Origin: Tubiluchus corallicola
Taxonomy: Eukaryota; Animalia; Priapulida
NCBI GenBank assembly: GCA_030141605.1
Contig: JAQGDQ010000245.1
Span: 124,001-188,000, forward strand
Reading direction: 5' to 3'
Length of the DNA: 64,000 bases
Program-made: the position numbers and the translations under genes
In this document: piece by piece, positions 39,075-49,900 of the stretch
Layout: each line of letters opens with the position of its first letter
How positions within the stretch are numbered: the stretch's first letter is position 1
The notes under the pieces: generated by a model
Told to the model about the DNA's origin: nothing
Seen by the model: only the letters and a program-made list of their open reading frames with translations
Databases searched by the model: none

Positions 39075-42000
39075 GAAATATGCCTATCGCCGAAAGGAGA
39101 GAAAGGAGACAACACAATTGATCACAAGGCAGACCATAAAGTTAGCCTAAAAGTAGAGCATAAGATAGACCATAAATTAGATCAGCCTACTCATTCCAGA
39201 ATAGGGAAAAAAGGCAGAAGAGATACTATTAAAGAGAAAGATAAAGCTGTCTTAGAGTCCAGAACAGTCTTGAATAATTTAAAACTCATATTTATTGGCA
39301 AGCAGAAGTTTAATTCTAGAATCAGCAAGAGTGACATAAATGCTGATGCAGAATCAGAAGAAACTCCGGAAACTTATCTTGTAACTGTCACAAAAACCAG
39401 ATCGTGCCCTTTGGTGCATCCTTTACCTGAACCTATAATACCCGCTTGGAAGAAGATCAGGCAGCGGATGGAAGAATCGGTTTACACAAAACCAGTGAAA
39501 GAACATCGGTTTTTGTGGATTGCATCATCCTCTTCTTTACAGCATTTTGTCCCAGAAGACGACTGGTATCTTTCCATTTGTTCTTGTGAGTCTTTCTTTA
39601 CTCCTGCAAAGTCTTTACTAGTGCCAAGTAATCAGAGCAAGTCACGGGCATCTATGGCAAGATCACATGCTTCTTTGACAAAAGAGGAACTTCCAATTTT
39701 GTGGCATGAGATTTGGATTGAATTTAAAGATTTTCTCAGCCAATTTCATTATGTCTACATATACCACAAGCCTTCATGCTATGCACACAGTGCCTTTGTT
39801 ACTGATATGAAGCCATACGCCTATGGTAATGCAAAGCAATGGCTGCCAGTATATGAAACTGATAATCCAGCTGTGAATGATCTTCTTCTTGAGAACCCTA
39901 GTTTGCAAGAATGCTTTAGTACCGATGCATCCAAACTCCCTGAATACTTGTATGTTGACAGCATAACTCCTTCAGAAATTCTAGTGTCGATGTCAGTCCT
40001 TTCCAATTGGCCAGTGCATTTTGAAAGGACTGTAAGGGGAAGTGTTGGCAAGGAAGTGAAGCATGGCACAAAAGAATCTGATAGTCAAGAAAGGGCTGCT
40101 ATACCCCTAGAAAGTGACTGCACTAAGCGCTGGCACCCTGGTTACATGATGTTGATTCAGCATTCCTGGGTTAACCACGAACCCGCTCCTCTTTTTTTCT
40201 CTATGGAAGCTTTCAGTCATAAAACAGTGAAAGTACAATTTCCAGCAGGTAGGCATGTTTACAAGATACACTGTGGTGCTCCAATTCTGTTGCATATTAA
40301 TTTCTTTTCTAATGCTAATTTTGCTGTTGGTGATGAAGATACTATTTTGCCAAAACTTCTGGTTGAAAGTCTTTTGTTTGAACATCATGCAAAGGTCATT
40401 TATGATGCTTTGTACCAAGGTTTATCGGCTTTCAGTGGTGATCATGAACAATTTCTTAAAGCACGCATGCGCTTATGCCAATCATACACACCATGTTTAG
40501 ATGACAAAACTGTAAAAATTAAAGATAAGAATCTGTATACAGAAGCATTTAGGAAAGCCTTGTACCTAATGCTAAGTGGAGTTTTATCAACAAATCAAAT
40601 AACTATTGACATGGAATTGTCATTACGCTCCCTGCTTGTTGACTGGGAATCACCAAGTGTGTTCCCTCACTTACATACAGGTGAGTTTAAAAAGAGACGT
40701 TCTACTCCTCGAGATTCAGTTGACGGTTATAGCAGGGATGGCAGCATTCCTACTTCCCCCTGCCGAAATCCCACAAAATCTGATGCTCAAGTTACAGAAG
40801 TTGAAGAACGATTTAAAAACAACTTTATTGATAATAATGAAGCTGTGTCTTCTGTTGATTGCGACCATCCAGCAGTAAAAATACAAAGCTGTTGGAGAGG
40901 CTACATTGTGAGAAAAATGAAACAGTGTTACATCGTTGGAACTGCCGTTAACCATATGGTGTCCATTCATTTAGAGACACTCTTGCGTGCAATTGACAAT
41001 TATCGTAAAGACTTTCCTAAATTGTTACTGCAAAATTACGTAAAGCATTTGTCACCAAGTCTTGTAGAAAGATGTCCTTATTCACCTGGTAGAGATCAGA
41101 AACTAGTGTATCAAGACTACAAAGGAACAATCAATCAACCGATTGGCGGCACTTGGTTTGTAATGTTTCATCATGTTTTCTTTCCTACATGTGAATCTGT
41201 TTTAGTGGCAAAATTATTATATCCATTGCCAAATGTTTGGCTGCACGTAACAGACAATGATTCGGGTATACTGATTACTAATCAACACAAGAGTGTCGTC
41301 TTAGCAAACTTTAAAGTCAACAAACTAGGTTATTCTGTTATTGTTGAGGCATTCACTCCAGAACCCATAACAGGAAAGCAATTTAAATTGAGATTAATTT
41401 CTCCTACTGCACTTCCACAATGCAAACCGGAAGCAATGTGTAGCAACTGTATTCACAAAGAACTAAATGAGTACTTTGCTCCAAACAATGACTCTGTTTT
41501 AATGAAATACAAAATTTCTCCATTGAAACAAAATATTCCTGCAACACTGAGGCTAGTTACTAGCTATCCACGAGCCAGAATTAGTTTGACTGTTTTTGAT
41601 AAAGGTGTTGCTATACGTAGATGTGAAGGTATTGGGAAACTTGTTATTCCTTCTGTGCTATTTTTCAGAAGCCTTGCACAAGAACCTGTTGTTGTGACAA
41701 CTCCCAGAAAAAGAAATGTGGCAACTCCTGGTTCCAAGAAAGCTACACCTGCTTCTGAAACTAAGAAAGCAGTTTGTTGGGATTTATTTGACAAGGAGCC
41801 AGAAGAGCACGAATACATCATACTTGCGACAGTTGTCAATGACTCCTGGCCATTAAATCAAGATGACTTACTTTTCATACAAACTTTGCATGACATGGAG
41901 GCAGAAAATTCGAAAGCATATAAGCCGCCAGTACCCACAGAAAATAAAAAAACAGGGAAAAAAGTGAAATCTAGACGCGTGTCAGTGGCTGATTTTGATA

Positions 42001-42740
42001 AATCTAAACCTCATTCTACTCTCCAGGTTTTTATTGATGAGTCTCTTATTGAGGACTTTAGCATAAAGAAGGACACGAGTAGAAATGATGAAATTAAAGC
42101 CATTAAACGGGCTTGGGAGGATGCTGATCCAGGTAGAGCAGAAAGGGCAAGGGAGATTCGCTGTAAATTTTTAGAAAAGAACTCCGTAAAAGTGGAAGTA
42201 ATTGCTGATGATACTAGTTCAAATATATCTGGTGATGATAATGCTGCACGCGCGATCATCTCTCCAAAAAGTTTAGTTCAAGAAAGTGCAACACGGTTAA
42301 ATGAGCTGCTAGCTGAAACAGCTCTGATCCCATTTGATGATGCTCCTTATGTAAAATGCACAAGGAGCCAATCTGTATTAAAAGATGATGCCTTGCGTAA
42401 TGAAGATATGGAAACGAAAAAGCTTTTATTTAAAAAATATAGTCTTAAGTGTGATGAAGTTAACGCCTGGCGGGCAGAGGAACGAAAACAGAGAAATTCG
42501 TCAAAGTGGGCACAAATGAATCTTTGCCAAAATCTAAGGTTAAATATGGCTGAAGCAAGAAATAGATGCAATATTATCAGGGAAAGCATACGAGCAAAGC
42601 AAGCAAAAGAAACTGCAGAGAGATTTAAGGTTTTAAAAGAACAAGAAGAAGAAGCAATTCAAGTTGCTGCGGCACAGAGAGATAAAGAGCGAAAAGAAAA
42701 AAGAAAAAAGTCACCAAGATCAAAAAAGAGTAAAAAGTAA
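39075..42740 (+). CDS. ADGB: Androglobin coding exon 2 (rest of calpain-like region, circularly permuted globin with IQ motif, C-terminal coiled coil and basic tail)
   Basis: Acceptor TTTTTTCTAG at 39074 is in frame with the 1156-aa ORF (39270-42740). It contains the IQ motif IQSCWRGYIVRK (40881-40916), a globin-like segment ESLLFEHHAKVIYDALYQGLSAF...RSLLVD, the conserved KKDTSRNDEIKAIKRAWEDADPGRAERA, and a Lys/Arg-rich C-terminus. Joined CDS is 4494 nt, about 1497 aa. Confidence 0.92.
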   Translation, partial: EICLSPKGEKGDNTIDHKADHKVSLKVEHKIDHKLDQPTHSRIGKKGRRDTIKEKDKAVLESRTVLNNLKLIFIGKQKFNSRISKSDINADAESEETPETYLVTVTKTRSCPLVHPLPEPIIPAWKKIRQRMEESVYTKPVKEHRFLWIASSSSLQHFVPEDDWYLSICSCESFFTPAKSLLVPSNQSKSRASMARSHASLTKEELPILWHEIWIEFKDFLSQFHYVYIYHKPSCYAHSAFVTDMKPYAYGNAKQWLPVYETDNPAVNDLLLENPSLQECFSTDASKLPEYLYVDSITPSEILVSMSVLSNWPVHFERTVRGSVGKEVKHGTKESDSQERAAIPLESDCTKRWHPGYMMLIQHSWVNHEPAPLFFSMEAFSHKTVKVQFPAGRHVYKIHCGAPILLHINFFSNANFAVGDEDTILPKLLVESLLFEHHAKVIYDALYQGLSAFSGDHEQFLKARMRLCQSYTPCLDDKTVKIKDKNLYTEAFRKALYLMLSGVLSTNQITIDMELSLRSLLVDWESPSVFPHLHTGEFKKRRSTPRDSVDGYSRDGSIPTSPCRNPTKSDAQVTEVEERFKNNFIDNNEAVSSVDCDHPAVKIQSCWRGYIVRKMKQCYIVGTAVNHMVSIHLETLLRAIDNYRKDFPKLLLQNYVKHLSPSLVERCPYSPGRDQKLVYQDYKGTINQPIGGTWFVMFHHVFFPTCESVLVAKLLYPLPNVWLHVTDNDSGILITNQHKSVVLANFKVNKLGYSVIVEAFTPEPITGKQFKLRLISPTALPQCKPEAMCSNCIHKELNEYFAPNNDSVLMKYKISPLKQNIPATLRLVTSYPRARISLTVFDKGVAIRRCEGIGKLVIPSVLFFRSLAQEPVVVTTPRKRNVATPGSKKATPASETKKAVCWDLFDKEPEEHEYIILATVVNDSWPLNQDDLLFIQTLHDMEAENSKAYKPPVPTENKKTGKKVKSRRVSVADFDKSKPHSTLQVFIDESLIEDFSIKKDTSRNDEIKAIKRAWEDADPGRAERAREIRCKFLEKNSVKVEVIADDTSSNISGDDNAARAIISPKSLVQESATRLNELLAETALIPFDDAPYVKCTRSQSVLKDDALRNEDMETKKLLFKKYSLKCDEVNAWRAEERKQRNSSKWAQMNLCQNLRLNMAEARNRCNIIRESIRAKQAKETAERFKVLKEQEEEAIQVAAAQRDKERKEKRKKSPRSKKSKK

Positions 42741-43285
42741 ACTAAACTCTATTTCTAAAGTGTCGTGCAGACTTTAAGTTGACACTGTGCACTGTGTACC
42801 GCCATTACTAAACATGTAATTTGCATTTACCATATATGAAAGACTAGCTCATCTGTAAAGTGCATTGCACTGCTTACTGATGTATAGTGGGTTACTGTCA
42901 CCGGTGTAAGTCTTTTGTTTTGACATTTGAAGAGGCACCTCAAAATTGCAAGTATTTTGTTTTTTTTGTTGATGTCTGTGTTGTTTAGTGTTCTGTAATT
43001 TGTATGTATTCTCAACCTGATGTGTTTACCTGCCAACTTTTTAATGATTCTGTAACTTTATAAATTTCTACCTATATTTTAATATTCTCACTACCAGCTT
43101 GCGTTAAGCAGATTGGGAGATGGGGAGATGTTGGGTTTGGGATGGTAAAAACAATAGATTAAGATAGGATTTCTTGTTAGGCCTTACCTGTAATTGGAAA
43201 AATGTTTATCTACTCAGTTGATTCTGTGGCTTGGTAAAGTACATAATTCGCAGAGATTGTAAGTTACCAGATTTTGTCTATTATA

Positions 43286-43454
43286 CAGTCGATTTTTAGT
43301 TATAATGGCCCTCTCATAATGCCTACATTTTTTGCAAAATAGCATGTATGCATTTACATAGACATGTATGTATTATTGCAACTCGTTATAATGCCAAATC
43401 TGCTTAATACCATTTTTTGCTGTGTTAAGATGGGGGTATAAAAAGGTCTGACTG
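43286..43454. mobile_element. Small Tigger-like MITE remnant
   Basis: TA|CAGTC ... GACTG|TA ends with repeated GTTATAATG(C/G)C subterminal motifs. Confidence 0.5.
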
Positions 43455-45714
43455 TACATGTGAATCCTAGTAACGGTAATTGTTTACACTTTTTTTCAGG
43501 TTTCACAATGCTACTGCAGCTTATTGCAAAACATTGCAGTTTCTTGCAAAGAATTGAAAATAATAAATATTACTGTGTTGTTTACGTCTATTTTTTTTCT
43601 ATTCTAACATGCTCTATAAGTTCAGCATTGTAAGTGCAATTAATTGTGTGATAAATGTATGTTCTTGTAGCTTGATTGAGGGTAAGCTGATTGTCTTTTA
43701 GTCTTCATTTTGGTTTTGACCAAATCGACTATGTGTAATTTCCTTAACTCATCATCGAATCGATGATGACGATACTAGTCCCAGTTGATAGAGCCATACA
43801 ATAGCTTATGACTTGGCACAATTTACATTTGAAATACATCTAATAAGGCATAAACCAACAGCTAGTTTCCATACTTGTCATTTCAAATTGAGCCTAAAGA
43901 GATTTTTATGATGATGATAGTGGCTTCTAATTACTGTTATGACAAAGGCAATGTTATGATGAGATGCTGTAAGTGCAGCCGTCTGTCTGATCTTTGCTGT
44001 TGATGATGGTGATGAAACATTATCTTGATGATAATGATATGATGACAACAATGATCATTATAAAAATGACAACAGTGATGATGTTAGTGATAGTTGACAA
44101 TAATGGTGAGTAGTTGGGCACAGCTTAGGATGGTATTCTCTAGCGTCGTAGGCTGTTTGGAAGAAAGTTTGCTAAGCTACAATAATAATCTTTCAGTATG
44201 AGTGTTCAACAGTCCCACTTACCACTAATACTAATTAGTCGTGGGGATTAATGGTAGAAGAACAAGCTGGATAGATATTTAGGTACGAAATATGGGGGTT
44301 ACAATGAGCCTTATCGATTAACCTCTACCGCTCTTATATTTTAAGAGTGCGGTATGGTATGGACGTCAATCACGTGGAAAGCAATGTTCAGTGTTATAAC
44401 AAAAATGTGGAGCTGCAGAGGAAAGAGCAGTAATTATGAAAATATGGTTAAATTATGTTAGAACTGAAAAATAATTACAAAAGCACAAACAGAAATAATA
44501 ATAACTTGATTCATTTGAGATTGACATAAAAGAGTGTTTGTTTACCTGTAAATGCTTGTCACATTTAAATAAAAAAGGTGTTCAAGCTGAAGATCTAATG
44601 GAAGCAAAGATACAAGAGGTAAGAACATTCAAAGAAGTTGCAATGGTCATAAAGGAATGCCGGAACCATTATGAGGGAAAGTATTTAAGGAAACTAGTGT
44701 TTTGTGCTGCTCACCTGAGTGTCTGCCATATGGTAGAGAGGGTCGTGTCAATTTGTGAAATCGCCGAAAGCACCCCGTTCGGTGATGTTGCATATTACTC
44801 ATCCATGCCACCTGCTGTCTTATTTCGCCGCAGTGAAATTGAGAACACGCGATGATGGTGTAAAAGAATTGAACCGTAGTGATTTTTTGCAAAGAAATCT
44901 AAATCGCAACTTTTAAGTAAATCTATGTCCTCATTTTTTCAGGTTAGGCAGCAATAAAGTTGTGTAGTCAATTGTGTGATATAGAACTCGATTAGAAATA
45001 GTTTATCATTTTTACCATCTTTTATTGTTTCTATATTTTTAGCTTCACTCGTCTTTTTGTCCTAACTTACATTCGAATTTGAATTGGCTAGCAGTTTCCT
45101 TTTTATGTTTGGTTAGACTATGTGTACAACTGTACATCATGTGTACAGCAAGCTTTAAAATCCCACGTAGTTTTTTAATGTTTCATTGTGTAATTGACTA
45201 GAGTAATACGTTTTGTTGTCTCATTTTCAAGTACTGTTGCTGGAAAACAAATTTTAAATTGTTACAAAAAGTTACAATTAGGTTGCCTGTTTTTCATTTT
45301 CAACTGGTGTGAAATAATGTTTTGATAATTATTTGCAGTTTAAAAGCATTAGCGCTGCAAATACCATTAACTAATAGGGTTTTTCATAATCTAAATAGTC
45401 CCAGAATGTTTCGAAGAATTTTTTGAAAAGGAATGCAAACTGTTTTTGTCTAGCTGTTAGCAGATTAATTTTACCTCTGTCAGAGAGGGGTGTTAAAGGA
45501 GTGGCCAACACTTCTGTGAAGTTAGGCTTATTTCAATGTTTGCAAAAAATTTAGAGGGATTTAGTAATAAACCACCAATGATGTCATACGTCGACTGAAG
45601 AAAACCAGCTCACTGTCAACTTCCGTTTCAAGCATAATAAGTTTTTACAAAAAATGAAAAATCACAAAACTAATTTCGCATATACATTAGGTACTGCGAG
45701 AAGTTTGCATTAGT

Positions 45715-45780
45715 TTAAGCAGCGCGTTTCCGGAAAGCCGTTGATGCACTTACGAAAAGTCCACCAGTAACATCGTAAGT
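45715..45780 (+). promoter_or_regulatory. Candidate PDCD11 promoter and first non-coding exon end
   Basis: Short CpG-containing patch GCGCGTTTCCGGAAAGCCG (ETS-like CCGGAA), followed by a consensus donor GTAAGT at 45775-45780, 1.2 kb upstream of the ATG exon. Confidence 0.3.
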
Positions 45781-46947
45781 TTCATGTAAATAGTGGCTAC
45801 CACTGCATCTGAAAAATTTTATACAGCAGTAGTATAAATTAACTTTATGATTCATAGACAAGTTTTTTGCAAATTTCTTTGTTATGTTTTTCTGCATTTA
45901 TGTGATAACAATAAAATAAACCCAATATGCTAAGTGACTTGTCCTTTCCTTTAATGATGTGAAGTCTTTTGATAGCTGAGCAATCCAAAGAAATTTTTAT
46001 AATATTGCAAATGTAGAGCAAGTTGTTTCACTTAGGCAAACTCAAATGTGCAAAAAAAATCATCATCTTGAGATTAGAGTTAGTAAAAAGGATTTTGCTG
46101 CCCAGATTACATAATAAAAACTTTATCAGTCACTGTTAAGATACAAAGGCGATCTACAGGTAAGCATGGGCATAGTGAATTCTTCTTTATTCCTTAACTA
46201 AAATGTAAAATCATTCAATTTAGCCCTTTTTCTTAGATTAGATGATTTACCAAAATGTCTGAACTTTGTTAAATAGCAATTAAAATCACAAGTTTCTTCC
46301 AATTTTAGGCTTCCAAAATAGTTTAAAATGTAGGAAGTGCATTACTTTTCAGGGCACAGGCTGTTGCAAATTCCACTAGGGGAACTTAAGCAAGTGAACT
46401 CCTCCACTTATTTGGTTTAGTGACTGACCTACTGTTCTTTTTTCCTGAATACAGATATGGTAAGCGTACTTTACAATAAAAGTTACTTTTTATTTTGATG
46501 ATGAAGTAATGTGTAATTAGTGAAAGTTAAGAACTATTAATATCCATGTATTAATCATTTTTCATTAGCCTGGCGTAAGAATGCATTTAATGTGAAATGG
46601 ACTCAATAGATGGCTTCATGTAACAGCATTTTTAACACTACATTTTGCTCATTGGATAAGTAATTCTTCACATGTATCTATTATTGAATAAATTGGTTTC
46701 TGGCACAATATAAATTGAATTGAGGGCATAATAACTTCATTTCTGTTGAATGTACTATAATTGTACTGTAGGTGGTAATAAAACTTCAAACTGGAATCTC
46801 TAACTTATTAATAGAAGAGCTCTGTTAATAACTTGTCTGAATTTTATTTTCTTTGCTTTCTATTAATAGAGATCTCTGTAATATCTGTCATGAAACAAGA
46901 TTATTCATTTGTGAGTCTAGAAGAAACACCTGATGTGAAAAACAGCA

Positions 46948-49900
46948 ATGTCATATTCCACTGAAGGATATTTTCCTCGTGGTGGTTCTAAGCAGCCACT
47001 TGCAAAGAAAAAGGCACCAAAATGGAAGCAGGCTAAAGTGAAGGAAAACCAGGATTTGCAAAATGCTTTGGTAGAATCAGAGAAAATACGAGCATTGGAA
47101 AGTCATGATCGTGTATGCTAGGTTTTACATACTTGTGTTGTTTTAGTTTATAGATATTTATTATTATAGCAGAAATACCATCCTGGATTAGTGATAAAGT
47201 CATTAGATTTACATTTTACATCTTTTAACCTCCTATCAGGAATCTTTAAGAAATTATTCCAAAGTTTGTATTTTAGCCATGATGTCACCCAGGATATATT
47301 TGAGAAGTATATATATATATATATATATATACTTTTTAAATGCATCGTTTGGAAATTTTAATGCTAATAATGCTTTTGGTAAGTGGTAAAGTGAGATTAA
47401 TGCAGTCTCCTGGTAGTTTAGTCATTTGTCATTTTGCTCTGGGCATATTGTAGCATTTGAATGATAATATGTTACAAACGATAATATGTTGCAAACTAGC
47501 TTCAGCATTGATGAACTATTAAAAAATTGGCACTTGTTTTTGTAATTATTGTTGTGTAAATTTAATTTTATTGTAATGTGGTCCTTGACTTGCAACTTTT
47601 TGCTTTTATAAATATTATTAGTCCTTACAAATTAAGAAATTATTATTATATCTATAGGAAAAAGGGCAATCAAAGAAACAACGTCGAACGCCTAACAAGA
47701 TTAAGACTGCATTGTTCAAAGTAGCTGATATGGAAAGCCGGCTATCTATTGAGCAGTTGAGCTTAAAGGTACCATGTTTCTATCACTAACCAACCTCGTA
47801 GGTTCTATTATAATAAAACTTATGATTAGGTGATTGAATTAGTACTGTAAGTGTAAGTTATATTGTGTGTGCAATATTCTAAATATTTTTTTGTTTCCCA
47901 AAAGATTTGGTTTCAGATTGTTTCTCAACTTCTTCGATTTGCTTCCAATTTTTCTACATACAGTAGACGGTGGTGAAAAATAACCCACATGCAGAACTTT
48001 TACTTTTTGCAGAAATTAGTTTCTAACTCTTACATATCTGCTATTTTCGGTCTAGATCTTCAATCGGTTTCTTCCATTATTACTATTACTGTATTTTGCC
48101 ACCCAACTGTATCAACATTTTGAATTGTGCTTACAGCTTTTAACTCCGGGAATGTTGGTACTTGGATGCATCAGAACAGTTCGTGATTATGAACTAGTCA
48201 TTTCACTGCCTGGTGGCATAACTGGCTTTGTTCCAATTTCTTGTATATCTGATTTGTATACTGGACACTTGCAAAGGTTAACTGAGGGTGATGTTGAAGA
48301 CATTGGGGTAATTTTTTTATAATTTTTCTCTTACAACTTGAAACACTAATAATACGTGTGACTGCAAATAGTGCAATTACAAGTTTCATTGTTGTGGCTG
48401 ATTAACTTGCAGGTCATCGAGAAATTTCAGTTTTTACACAATATTCGTTAATTTTATTATAATGAGTATTTGGAAGTAAAAACAGCCAATGGATCTATTA
48501 AGATGCTGTAGCCTGTTAGGCTTTGTAATGATCACATTTTTGTGTGAAAATCATTTTTGGTTTTTGTGCATTTTCAGTAAATATATTAAGTGATTTATGC
48601 TGTTTTGTACAGTAAATGAAACGTTTTTATGGCATACCGGCGGATTTTTCTCAAGTAATTAAATTATTTTCCTACTTCAAAAAACAGCCTACATTTTTAA
48701 ATAGTTATTGAAATAGCCAACTGGAATGTGTTATTTATGCAAATGATGGACATGAATTTTTTGTGTGCTAACTATACTTGTAAAAAAAATTGTGTTAAAT
48801 TTCACGCAGTGTCAAGCCACAGCTTAGCTGGAACAATACATTGTCAGGGTGTTTGTGACAGGAGTCTCTATGTTCATTGTCCTCCTGTAGCTTCTAACAT
48901 CACACTGCAGGAATGGACATTGCTAAAGTTGCCATTGCTGTGGTGGCTGAGCAATTTTTTGTCTGTCATCTAGGGGCGAGTTAAAAAACAATGCAAAATA
49001 TGTAATTGCACTATTTGCAGTCATATGATGTGCTACTAGGCTGACATTTTAAGAATTGCACTTGTTTTTCATGAAATGGACTTGCAAATTGCGTGCTCTG
49101 GTTGACTATTATCCTACTGTGCTATGAATTGTTGAATTTATAGGTTAATGTAAAAATTAAACACTTTGTAATGTTTAACATTTTGTTACGATCAAATTAT
49201 TTACATCGGCAATCATATTCTCTTGAACTCCCTTCCTGATGAGATCCCACGTTCACAGGGCACCCGGCAAACACACGCAATAGATATAAGCATGCAGTCC
49301 CTCTGCTGAGTATTGATCATTCAAGCAGCTTCATTGTGCTGCTTATTTAGCTTTCTATGAAAACTTTATGGATTTATGTACAGTTCCCATTGAGTCATGT
49401 AATTTTTATTTTATTTCATTGATAAAATTAATTGAGTCCTGAAAAATAAAATAAATGATGAAGTTTTATCACTGAAATTTTGTGATTAATATCCGTTGAC
49501 ACGTAAAATAAGTGATAAAACAATGCAGCTTAAAAATAATTTACGTAAGCAATGTTTACGTATTTTATCCAGTTAGTGATCAGTGATCGATCAGTATCGG
49601 TGGACAACAAAGTTGATCGGCTCATTACCCAAAATGCCGATCACCCGTCACTATTTTGCAATTGTAACAGATCTGAGTTGGAGGACTGTTGAGTTTGGAC
49701 GAAGTGGTAATGAAAATTATACTCCGGCATGTCTGGTACAAGGCTGTGTTTACATCTAGATATGTATCAGTTTATTCAGCAATAACTTCTCCATTTAAAT
49801 TACAAGTGCTGTTTTATCTCTAGGATTTAAAGAGCCTGTATGAGTTGTTCAAGACTGGTCAATTAGTGAGGTGCAAAGTCACTGAAATTCAACAGCCAAA

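Noticed and set aside
39821-42589. Antisense and alternate-frame ORFs overlapping androglobin
   Set aside because: These are shadow ORFs of a long coding exon with no independent features.
44538-44892. 105-aa and 81-aa ORFs between ADGB and PDCD11
   Set aside because: No recognisable domain or supporting exon chain.
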